A stretch of DNA of 64,000 nt from Neolecta irregularis DAH-3. Taxonomy: Eukaryota. Below, in pieces: positions 49,428 through 61,100 of this stretch. The notes beneath the pieces were generated by a model. That model had not been told where the DNA came from and made no database searches. It saw nothing but the letters and a program-made list of their open reading frames with translations. The stretch is from the NCBI GenBank assembly GCA_001929475.1, contig LXFE01003012.1, forward strand, positions 1-64,000. Reading direction: 5' to 3'. Both the position numbers and the translations under genes were made by a program. The first letter of the stretch is position 1. Every line of letters starts with the position of its first letter.

Positions 49428-51376
49428 ATGCATAGTCTGCTGCCAGCTGTCTCTTACAATGCCGGTGCAGACCGGGACTACTACCATCAAACATACTCCG
49501 ATCAATATGCAGGTCAAGTACCAAATGCACCACCAGGCATTTATGGAACAGAACACCGACCAGCAGTAGACAAACCCTCGCAGAACACAATATCGCGGAT
49601 CCAGCAGCCAGTACGCGCATTCCAATCGCATTCTCGAGCTGATAATGTCATTTTAGGCTCCCATGATGCATTCGCAGCAGCTTCCGTCGTGTACTATACA
49701 ACGACCCTGCAGATTGCGAATTCTACCGCAACATCCAAACTCTGTAACATTACCCGACCGTCCTCCAATAGAACCAAGGTCAGGATGCTTGGCTGACAAA
49801 AACCCATTCTCATCAGAACCTGCTACGGCCTCTGAACTTGCGATTCCACCATCAAACCGTCTCGTTGAAGTCGCCCGACCATCGTATCCTTCGCCCATCT
49901 CGGATACGGCATCGTCGAGTTCGGTGGGAAAATCATCGCTTGTTGTTTCGCCGCCTTTCTCGACGGATTGGCAATATCTCACGCGCATGATCCGTGTCCC
50001 GGTATGGTCAACAATGGAACTATTTGCACTTTACGAGGGTCTACTGAGTCAGATCCTGGTATACCCGCCAGTCTTTAACCATCTTTTATTGGATTTCATC
50101 AGTCGTGTAGTGCGACAATTGGCTCAAAACGATTGGCACCAACAGGCCTGTCCATTGCTCGTCAAAGCTGTTGACCGGACATGGAACAGCCCGGCCCAAT
50201 CAGCGGTCGTTCATCGTCTATACCGGCAGTTTCATCCCTTTGCGGTCGATCCGTCATCTCAAATTCCAGAAAGGGGTCAAAGGGCGACACGATTCCGACG
50301 ATCGTCTGAAAGTCGATCTCCAAATCTCCAAATGAGATGGCAGCCATACGCTCGTCCAGCACCACAACAAGCTTCTACTCACTCTCCACAGGCTCAACTC
50401 CATCAACACTTTGCCAAATCGACCGTGCAACCTCCTGCTTCGCCTGCCACTTTACCACAGTGTATCTTTATGCAAAATTCCATATCAGCTCCCAATTTCC
50501 CTACCTGTGTGGTGGATCCTCCAGTCGAGCTGGGTAAGCGGAAATGTGTAGACTGCCCCACCAAATATCGGAAAGTAGAGCCTTTGTATATTCGCTCCCT
50601 CGGCTTTGCATTGAACCCGACTGCTCTTTCTCTCGCCCAGCCCAGTGTGTACCACTTTGACTTTCAAAATCGTCATGTTCGAGGGAAAAAGTACCATTGA
50701 CTTGCTGTTTGCACCTAATTATGTAGAGTCCAATATGGCCTCTTACTAGCGGCTAAAACCCCTGAGGGAACCACTCTACCCGGAAGATCCGAACTAACCT
50801 TTGCGCGAATAAATGGTCGTCCAGTGCCAGACTGTTTATCTTGTGGTATTATGCCATATGTTAAAGAAGGGACGAATAAGCTCGATCTCGCTATACTTGA
50901 TAAAATAAACAGTTACGAGATCGCAGTTAAAGTGTACGTTGTTGAATCATCTTTAGAAATCCAAAAATACGCCAGTGATAACAGGGTTTCAACTCACAAT
51001 TCTCTCGCGTATATATTCAAATCGTCGACTTGCAAAGGGACTGCACCAGCCGAGATTGATGTTTCCTTACTTGACCCCTCTACCCAATCACGGATACAAC
51101 TTCCAGTTCGGTCATTACAATGTTCACATCCAGAGGTATACTTAGAATGCCATATCTCAATCTATACTAACTATAATTTAGTGCTTTGACTTCACGTCAT
51201 TCATGTCACAGAAAAATCAGGACTGCCCCTTATGTAAACGGCGCATTTCATTCTCGGAATTGGCCGTTGATGAGCTACTTCAAAAGTTACTCCAAAGTAT
51301 ACCTCTTCAAACCAGCAAAATCACTTTACAATCCAATGGAAATGTTCATTTCATTAATTCTGAACCACCGATCTGA
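49428..51376 (+). CDS. SP-RING (MIZ) zinc-finger protein, possible SUMO E3 ligase or coregulator
   Basis: C-terminal VSLLDPSTQSRIQLPVRSLQCSHPECFD…CPLC; low-complexity P/Q/S-rich N-terminus; 3 GT-AG introns. Confidence 0.75.
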
Positions 51377-51660
51377 CTGATGATTTCTATTTATCCTTTT
51401 TTTATTTCCTGTTATTTTAAGTGGGAATGTATCATTCAAACTGCCACTGATTTCTGGGCACATATTTTCTTGGAGAGATTTTTCTTCATTGTTAAACATT
51501 GGCTCTTACATGTGGATGGATGGATTGCATCAACTCTGAGTTTATTGCATGGTGGGAATGTGTATTCTAAACCAGGTTTCCTGGGTCGCTGTAAATAACA
51601 AAAGAAATAGCCTGAAGGATAGACACTCTAAAGTCGTCCCAAACAGAGGATTTTGATGAA

Positions 51661-54266
51661 TCAAGACGATACAACTGCATCCATGCTCTTCAAAGCCCGT
51701 ACTGCAGCTTTCTGCGCACGTTCCATCATCTCTTCTAAATCTTCAAATAAAGAATCTTCTCGCCCGCTGAAATCATGTAACAAAGAACCGGCAAATGAAT
51801 CACCTGCACCCGTTACCGAGACAATCGAGTCTTGCGAAATCTGTTCAACTGCAGGGAAGTAATCGATGACAAGGTCCGATGTCTTGCCGTGCGCAAGAAT
51901 CTTTGACGTCGTCATTGAGACTATGTTTCTTTCTGATGGTATTATGCGAAATGCCAGGACTCCTAGGGAGCCCAGCTTGAGAAAGATCGCTGGCATGAAC
52001 AAAAGAAGATGTGTAGCTTGTTGAATGAGGCCCTGCGGTCCCAAATGAGCTATCTCCTTATGCCTCGAGAGAAATAGTTCGACATCTAGCGGATTTATAA
52101 AATTCTTTCAAAGAACAGGTACCATTCCGAAAGTCTTGAAGCAAGTGTAAGCTATTTAGTGCTTCCCACCAATCATTTCGCTCAAAAAGTCCGGTGTCAG
52201 ACGCAGATAGAAACATTGCTGATAGTTCAAATGCATTTGGCGAAACTGCGTGTATTGAGTGGTTTGGATATACTCCCAAATTTCGGATTTGTAAGGGACG
52301 AATCGATTTTGGAACAGAAGTCGGTTCAAAGAAAACTATATCGGTATGAAGTTTAGCCAGATTAGCACACACATACCTTTTGAGTTGATCTCTTTAGCTA
52401 CTGAAACAATTTCAGTCATAGTTTTGCTTCCCAAATTTCCATCCATTGCAATCCATCGAGGTTGTTTGGGCACGATGAAATCTCGGACTTGCTCTGCCAT
52501 GTCCTCCACAATAGCCATATCTGCAACAGCAACGACCAAATCGCCCTTTCCGTCGTGTACAGCGACGTACTTCGCAGTCTCATGTTTCTCGCTGATTAAA
52601 TAACTAGTCTTTCCAAACCCTTTTCGGAGGATTTCGGATTCGAGCCATTGGCCGTCTCTATCCTTGCCACGTGCGGTGAGTAGTTCAACCGACATTGAAC
52701 CTGAATTAAATGCTGATCGAGCAAGATTGAGACCTACTCCTCCAACTGTACGAGTTATGCTTCCTGTATGGGAGGTGTGTAGTGAAAGTGGTGAGGATGA
52801 AGCAGTGCAAGTATAATCAATTGCTACGCTGCCGATTATGGCTAAAGGAATCGGAGTAGAGGAAATGTGTTTTTTAGAAGATGAAGGACAAATCGGAGAT
52901 AAGATACTCCTAATAGGTCAATTCAACCAAGTCAACAGGATGTATCTACGACTGGACAGGCGATTGGTGATTGATCAGTCCTCTAGAGTGAACCGTTCCG
53001 AGGTTCGCTTTACTCAACATAGCAAGTTCCATTGCGATCTGACTTCCAACTTTTGCATTGTGATAAACCAATTCGATGTTAGCTTTTAAACTCAATCCTT
53101 TAGTAGCCTCCGCGATTTCTTTTAATAGGAACGGAGTACAGTCCTTTCCCTTGATATCAAGTTTCTTGGCCTTGGCAAGTGCATTATCAATTATATTATT
53201 AATAAACGACGAAGGGATTGCATGTTCATGGGGTATAGGAACGCAAATTAACGTGCCAGATTTTAATCCGAGAATGTTATTGGTATCTAGGCTGTTATCA
53301 AGCTGAATTTAGAGGAAATATACAAACTAAATTGGCGACATCAGTGATTGTAGGGCTATTGAACGGTGACTACTCTGGTTAAATGAAGACTTGGAGGAAT
53401 TTCATTACAAGTACACCGGATTCTCTGGCGTAGAATGCCGGAATTTGAACACCAGTCTCGCCCATCGTTGTGACAGTGACGCCATTCGTCTCTAGAACCT
53501 TGGAGGTGAGATTTACCAATAGAATGTGTGAAATACTTCCATCGTCCTCTGAATATCCAGAATACTCTTGGAACCAGCACAAACAACAGCTAAAGGGGTT
53601 CTTCCCAGCCTGAATAATCAGCTCATGAAGCTTCTCCGCCAACAAACTCGATCAAGTCGGCAGATATATCCATCGTATGTTCCCCTTCGCGATGAACACC
53701 GCCAATCCCCCCAGTCACAAAGACTTTGATCCCAGCAGCATGGGCAAGGACCATTGTTCCAGAGACGGTCGTTCCACCTGTTAATTTCTATTCTGTGAGC
53801 GTCGAGGGACTATGTAATAACGGTACGCGAGCAATTACAACCGCAAGATCTCTCCTCGAGGTTTTATGTGATTTAGTTCCAGTCTGTGCAAGGATTTCCA
53901 ACTGTGAATCATTCAAACCTACGTCGATTATTATTCATGCTTGCGGTAATTGACCGTACCGACATGGCAATTCCCATTAACTATCGCTACGGTTGCTGGG
54001 ACCGCTCCATTCTCTCTAATGATTTGCTCGACAGTCTTAGCCATCTCTAGGTTTGCAGGGTAAGGCATTCCATGTGTAATTATTGTGGATTCAAGCTGTT
54101 TTGTTTAAATAAACCGATATAAAATTGGTACAGCAACGACTGGATTTGCATTCTCTTTTGCTTGCAGCACCTCTTTTGAGTATAATATCTGGTCTGGTCG
54201 CATAGAATAAAACCTCCTGGCAAGCCATTTCATGGATCTCAGTGTATTAAACCCTGTGATAGTCAT
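51661..54266 (-). CDS. Bifunctional pseudouridine-5'-phosphate glycosidase (PsuG/IndA) fused to a PfkB pseudouridine kinase
   Basis: [56 protein letters not shown]; Pfk[10 protein letters not shown] and SVTGAGDS; about 10 introns. Confidence 0.92.
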
Positions 54267-54337
54267 AGACGTCAAAAGTTGTGGAGCAAAAAGTAGTTAA
54301 TCGGGTGAATTTCTTCCTAATCACACCCACAAATATA

Positions 54338-55669
54338 ATGCAGCACCATCACGCTTATATATATAAACTCAAGACTCGACAGATCTCTGGATCCTATGAT
54401 GTTTCATTGCAGACTGCGCATATTCTGCGACAAATAGTATCAAGTGTAAAGTCAAACAACATCGACGTGCTAGTTAGTCATATACGTGAAATCGGTCGTC
54501 TATTAATTCAGACTCAGCCCAGAGGTATTCGCATCTGTGGGATATGCATTAATAGAAAGAACTTGCGAGTGGCAATATTGTTCGTCGTGTGTTGCATTTG
54601 ATACGCGAAGAAAACGAAGACAAGGACGGGAATACAACACCAGAGGGATCAATTTCGTATAGTCTGCCTGGTACTCCAAACAAAAGTAAGCTTTTCTGTG
54701 AAACATTGTATTTGACTTATTGAATCCGTGCATGATTCGTTCAACACATCTTCACTTTCATCCACGCTTTTTGCTCCAGCTCCTCCAAAAGAACGCAGGG
54801 AATCCTTAGATGAGCCTGGAAATACTTCCACTAGTCTTAAATCCACCATTATTGAAGGGATCAATGAGATTATCGATGAACTGCGCGATACACACTTGAA
54901 TATATCAAAAGAAGCTATGGAACATATTCATTCGAGGTATCTTGTTTTACTCTGGTGATAAACATGACTCGTTAGCGAGATTGTCATGACATACGGCGCC
55001 TCGAAAACTGTTCAGTCATTTCTCTGTGCGGCAGCTAGAAAACGGAAATTTACAGTTTTGACTGCCGAGTGCTATCCGAATAGTAGCCGGTCGAGTTATG
55101 ACATGGCCAAGGAACTGGCTTCTTGTGGCATTGAAGCAGTAGTGATACCGGATTCCAGTGTATTTGCACTTATGTCTCGCGTAAACAAGGTTATTCTGGG
55201 GACTCACGCTGGTATATCATATGATCTAGCCTGATAGAAACTTACTTCGAGTTCTTGCTAATGGTGGGTTATTAGCTGCTTCAGGAGCGAGATTGTTGGC
55301 TGCTGCTGCTAAACACCATTCAACACCGGTGGTAGTATGTGCAGGAATCTACAAACTGTCACCTTTGTACCCGCATGATTTAGAAGGATTAATAGAACTC
55401 GGACGGCCAGACAAAGTCATAAGCTTTAATGAAGGTATAATCACTTCATGCTCGATTGTTAGCAATCAGGTCCTTTGATCAATAACGTGGATGTTTTGAA
55501 CCCGCTTTTCGAATACATTGCACCGGAATTGGTTGATCTGTATATCACAAATGTGTATGTGCGCTGTAAAATAATGAACTAACGCCATAGGGGATGTCAT
55601 TCACCAAGCTATCTTTACCGGCTTATAAATGATCACTACGACTCTAGAGACATCTCGCTGGATGAATAA
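54338..55669 (+). CDS. GCD7: Translation initiation factor eIF2B beta subunit
   Basis: [66 protein letters not shown]. Confidence 0.93.
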
Positions 55670-55721
55670 ATCAAGACTAGATAACATGCATATATGTACA
55701 AAAACATAGTCATTTCTACTT

Positions 55722-56093
55722 TTACTTCAAGATTACGTTTGCTCCTCTTAATTCCAAAAACATCTGTGCGTTACTGACACCCATCTTGCGCACAACCCCA
55801 AAAATCTCCTTATTGTGATACCGTAGTTTTGTATATGGATCCACATAGCTGGCTGGCAAACCAGTGATATCGCACCATTTCTTTGGTGGGAATAACGAGG
55901 GTGGAGCCTCAATATTGGTGTAAGTGGGAAAATCAGGAGGGAAGTCAGTTCGAGATGTCGAAGAAAGGATCTGCTTGAGTGTCTTGATTCGTTTTTGAGT
56001 TGGCCGCTTGTAGTTTGGGTTCTTGAACGGACGATGACGGATTGTAAGATCTATGCTGTCGTATGGAGGAACAGAACCGTTTGGCGGAGACAT
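55722..56093 (-). CDS. IES6: INO80 complex subunit Ies6 (YL1 C-terminal domain), intronless
   Basis: PFKNPNY, TYTNIEAPPSL, KKWCDITGLPASYVDP…LRY, LELRGA. Confidence 0.93.
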   Translation of the reverse strand: MSPPNGSVPPYDSIDLTIRHRPFKNPNYKRPTQKRIKTLKQILSSTSRTDFPPDFPTYTNIEAPPSLFPPKKWCDITGLPASYVDPYTKLRYHNKEIFGVVRKMGVSNAQMFLELRGANVILK

Positions 56094-56284
56094 TTACAGA
56101 GTTTTGGTGTTTCTAAAAACATCTCAAGACTCGACATTTATACTTGAGGATGCAGAATATTACAGCATACATCTAAGTCTGGAGGTTAGTACTCATGACT
56201 ACAGTGCATATATCTAGCCAATAGACAAGATTTAAAGATGTCTGTGTTGGCTACTAATAAACTCCTCAACATCTCCACCATCAA

Positions 56285-57816
56285 ATGATTCTCCAACAGA
56301 TTTTGGCATCTGCCCTGTTGCTTCTCGCATCCGTGGATTCAAAAAAGACCTCACCTTTCAAACATACAAATGCACTGAGAACAATTGATCTAACAAAGTC
56401 ATATATTCGCGAAACCCATGCACTTGTAGTAGAGAATATCGCCACTAGTCCTCAATCAGAGTACCTCTGGCCTGTAGACACACGACTGGAAGAAAATATG
56501 AGCTCAATCGAAGTAAAAGAAAAGGGCGCAGACAACCGAAATTATAAAATTGAAAAAATTGAGGGGTATATCTCCGTTGTCAATTCAGACTAATGTACGA
56601 GGTCTGACGGGCGATTTTTCAGGATATCATTATTGAAACCTCTTGGCGTTGGAGAAAAGATTACATTGCATATTTCCACCGTTTATATCGACGCTTTGGT
56701 ACCTGTCCCGGCACAAATTCCACAAACTGCGAAACAGTATCTCCGGTGGACTGGATCGAAATACATACCGTCTGCCTATTCAACTGAGAAGCAAAAGACC
56801 AAATTCAAGTATTCAAATCGAGGCTATATAATTGACATATCTAGACTTCCCTCCAATGATGTACCATTCTATACCAAACCATCCTCCGATTCTCAAGGCC
56901 CAGCACTTTCTGACACTACTCTCACATACGGACCATACGACTCGATTTCACCGGACTTGCAACAAGAAATTTCAGTTCGCTATGAATTCACACTGCCAGT
57001 TACCAAAATCTTCTCTCTGGATCGCCAAATCTATGTCTCGCACTGGCGAAATACAGCTAAAGTCACAGAACAGTACTCGTTAATAAATGCTGGAGCCAAA
57101 TTGAAGGGATTTTTCAGCCGTTACGAACAAATGCAAATGCAGCAGGCCCAGTCGCCGGTAGCTGCTCTGCAAGTTTTGCCCATTGGTTTAACAGGCGGTG
57201 CTCGAGACGCATGGTTTACTGATGAAATTGGAAATGTATCGACGAGTCAGTTCAAAAGTATGGGCAAGAAAGCACTTTTGGCTGTTCGTCCTAGATATCC
57301 TTTATTTGGAGGATGGAAGTATGCTTTTGGAATCGGATGGACTGTAGATTTGAACAATGTGGTTAGCCTTGTGGATGGAAACAGAATGACTTTAAAAATT
57401 CCGTTTATCGAAGGGCCGATTAATGTGGCATATGATTTAGTCAAGGTCAACATCAGACTTCCTGAGGGATGCACGTATGTCGATTAATTCTAAAGCAGGC
57501 TTGATAATTGTGTAGGAATGTTCAAGTTGAGTCTGATGTTCCTCTGGTCGCACAAGTTATTGAGCCTTACATGTCATTTTTGGATACCGTTGGATCGACT
57601 TTGGTCACACTGAAAGCAGAGAAGATAACAGACGAGATGCAGGATCGAGATATCACCGTAAGTCTATTCTGATTTATATCATCTAAGAAGATTCAGCTCT
57701 CGTATGAATTTCCACCCTGGGCAGGGTTTCGTAAGATTATAGTTGGTGGAAGCGTTTTCTTGAGTGCCATCATTGGACTATTTCTCCTCCGGATGATTCC
57801 CACAAAGATCGGATAG
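56285..57816 (+). CDS. OST1: Oligosaccharyltransferase alpha subunit (ribophorin I)
   Basis: Signal peptide, RTIDL, YGPY, VSHW, DEIGNVSTS, PRYPLFGGWKY and C-terminal TM helix. Confidence 0.92.
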
Positions 57817-57897
57817 TAGCTATAAGAACTAAGAGTATTGCTAGAATTATTTACATGTTCAAGTCTACCTTACAGGGCCCTTTCATCTTTTTCTTTC

Positions 57898-58350
57898 TCA
57901 GCTTATACCGTGTCTTGATTTTAATTTATCCAGTTCTGCTTGCCTAGCAGCCAGATCCTGGGGCTTTCCAGATTTTTCCGGCTGGTGAAATAATACAACG
58001 AGATATCTGTCCATAAAGTTGAACCTGACAGTCAGGATATATTTGTAGAAGCATACCCGTTGAGCTTCTCACAGGCCATTTTTGCGTCCATTACATCCTC
58101 AAAGACTACAAACGCCGTTCCTTTTGTAGTACTTGCATTTCCTCTATCAAATTAGACGATTGCATCAAGGTGTAGACGAACAATCGTATCTGGCGGATAG
58201 GTCCATATTTGCCAAATAAATCAAACATTTCCTCGGTTGTGACATTATACGAAAGATTCTTGATGAATAGTATTCGATTCACTTCCTTTGATGTTGCTTG
58301 CTATTATATTAGATTTCTGGGCAAGTAAAAGGACGTTCTCTGCCTGCCAT
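57898..58350 (-). CDS. SF3B14: U2 snRNP branch-site protein p14 (SF3B14/SF3B6), 3 introns; not reported in the ORF track
   Basis: [36 protein letters not shown]…[12 protein letters not shown]…[16 protein letters not shown]. Confidence 0.93.
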
Positions 58351-58548
58351 TCTTCCAGATGTGAAATGGATTGGAGAAGGGACGAATGGCAAATTCAATG
58401 GAGAGAATCAAATGATCCACCAACAAATGCAGACTATACATGGATAAATGTATTTCATAATATCTATATTCGTAAAGTAGAGCTTATATGTCTATAGAGT
58501 CTGATTAATTTTCAGAGACGTCATCAGGCTGTTTCTTGTTTATAATCA

Positions 58549-58574
58549 TTTCAGTTTTCAGTTTTCAGTTTTCA
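58549..58574 (+). repeat. 7-bp tandem repeat (TTTTCAG)n immediately before the hexokinase ATG
   Basis: tttcag ttttcag ttttcag ttttca directly visible. Confidence 0.8.
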
Positions 58575-58576
58575 TT

Positions 58577-60316
58577 ATGCATCGAAAACCGCCCTCTAGG
58601 TATCATCTTATTATAACTGTACTAAAGGACCCAGAAAAGGATCCATGAACAATGTCCCTCGCGATTTGATGGACCAAATATCTGCCTTGGAGGCCCTTTT
58701 TACAATTGATAAGGACAAATTGAATTTCATATGCGATATGTTTGTAAAGGCTCTTGATAAAGGTAACTGTACAAAACGAAGATGCTGACCAAAGGACTAT
58801 CTGTGGAAGGCGGCGATATAGTATGAGTCTACCTTTTAATAGCTTTTAACCAATGTCAAGCCGATGATTCCAACTTGGGTTTTTGGGTTTCCAAAAGGCG
58901 ACGAGAATGGTTCTTATATCACCCTTGATATGGGCAAGTTCCTTGTTGGAGCTCTATCTTACAATTAGGAGGAACCAATCTTCGTGTCTGTGAAGTTGAA
59001 CTTTTGGGTAATAGACGCTATGATATCGTGCAATCTCAATACCGCATTGAAGAGGAATGTAAATCCGGAACTAGTGAGCAACTTTTTGACTTCGTCTCGG
59101 ATTGTCTCAAGAAATTCCTGGATGATAATTACGAGCAAGGCCTGCGTGGGAAGAAGTTACCATTGGGATTTACGTTCAGTTATCCTTGTCAGTATGAGTG
59201 GTTTCATAAGTTGGTTGATCCCTAGTCAAAAAAGGATTGATCATGGTGTTTTGCAGAGATGGACCAAGGGTTTTGATGTAAAAGGAGTTGAAGGAGTTGA
59301 TGTTGTTCCAATGTTGGAGGCTGCATTGGAAAGGAAAGTATGCTTTTATTTCTCGTATATCACTTATCAGCAGGGTGTCCCGATAAAGGTCACCGCTCTG
59401 ATCAACGACACAACTGGGACTCTTATCGCGACTAATTATATCGATCCAATGACCAAGATTGCTGTCATCTTTGGAACCGGGTGTAATGGTATTTTCCTCA
59501 ATCTCCAATTTCGCAAATGCTTCAGCTGCGTATATGGAGAAAGCAGGATGTATCCCAAAACTTTTGTGCCTGAACCTTCCTCAAGATACCCCAATGGCCA
59601 TTAACTGTGAATGGGGTGCTTTTGATAACGAACATCGAGCACTGCCAAGGACTAATTATGATGCCATAATTGATAAAGAATCCCCTCGACCTGGCCAACA
59701 ATCCTTTGAGAAAATGATTGCAGGTCATTATCTCGGTGAAATTCTTCGCCTCGTTATCATTGATCTCGCTGAACAAAAGCTGATTTTTGAAGATCAGAAT
59801 ATCTCCAAGATTGGAAAACCCTACAGCATAGGAACTGCTGTGCTAAGTGAAATCGAACTGCACGTCGTTGGTCGTTTTTGCACAGCTGATATAATAGGGA
59901 TCCTTTTGAAAACCTGATGCAAGTTCATACCATATTCGAAACAAGGTACGGGATAGTGTGTACCGAACCAGAACGAAAACTTATTCGACGAGTCACAGAG
60001 TTGATTGGAATTAGAAGTGCTCGTTTGAGCGCTACCGGTATCGCTGCAATCTGTCGTAAGAAGGGAATCAAGGAATGCCATGTTGCCAGTGACGGCAGTG
60101 TTTTCAATAAATATCCATATTTTAAAGAACGTGGAGTTGAAGCATTACGAGATTTATTTGGCAAGGAAGGCGATAAGATTACTTTGATGGGAGCTGAAGA
60201 CGGACCAGTATCTTGAATCCGTGACATGTTACTGACTTTACTAGGGTGTTGGAGCAGCGCTGATTGCTGCTTTGACTATTAACCGCAAAAAAGCAGGTAT
60301 TCTTGAGGAATTTTAG
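58577..60316 (+). CDS. HXK2: Hexokinase (9 introns, two GC-AG)
   Basis: RKPPSRKGSM, PMIPTWV, LDMGGTNLRV, LGFTFSYP, WTKGF, INDTTGT, IFGTGCNAAY, NCEWGAFD. Confidence 0.93.
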
Positions 60317-60417
60317 ATCAAGTTGGTGGGGTAAATAGGCGATGCTTGAAAGAATCTTTTTGAGTATCAATAAAATATCAGTACATCATTTCCAAGTGTT
60401 GGCTGCTAACGACGTTG

Positions 60418-61100
60418 ATGGCATCTCGATTGCAAAACATCAAGTTGATCACTTTGGATGCATTTGGAACTTTTTTCCGTCCAGAAATTCCAATCGAGGT
60501 ACACTACAGTCTTATTGAAAACAATTCGATATCCATGTTCCTCCATAAAGCGTTAATTTTTCTTTTGCATAAGGTTTATTTCACCCTCAAGTCAATTCAT
60601 TATTTTGCAGCCTTCAAGCAAGAATATTCGATTCATCCGAATTACGGCAAGGCCAATGAGCTAGATCCAGAGAGATGGTGGTCTAATGTAGTATGAGCTA
60701 CCTTTAGATTCCATGATAAAAGAGGCGCCGGATATGATGATCCTCAATCTGCAAAAACGTGCTTGAGTGAAGGGTATCATCAATTCAAAGATGTCAACCC
60801 TTTTTGAAAATGTTGAAGAGTAAAACATCCCAGATCAGCGTCATTTCGAACTGATTTTAGTGTAGGTAAGATTTTTTGATTTCGTTGGATGATGGAGTTA
60901 GATCAAGTTTTGCAATCATTTGGTAACAGAAAGTATTTTGACAGTATTACACTATCGTACGATGTGGGATTTGAAAAACGAAATCGCGAGATATTTGAAG
61001 CAACGTTGAATAATAGCAATGTAGAACCAAAAGACGTATTATATATAGGTGACGATCTACAAAGCGAATACTAGGTAACTGGGATATTATGGTGCAATTT
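60418..61100 (+). pseudogene. HAD-superfamily hydrolase (HDHD3-like) pseudogene
   Basis: ITLDAFGT, PNYG…WW, VISN, SYDVGFEK, YIGDD remain, but homologous frames carry frameshifts and stops (TAA near 60546 and 60570). Confidence 0.7.
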
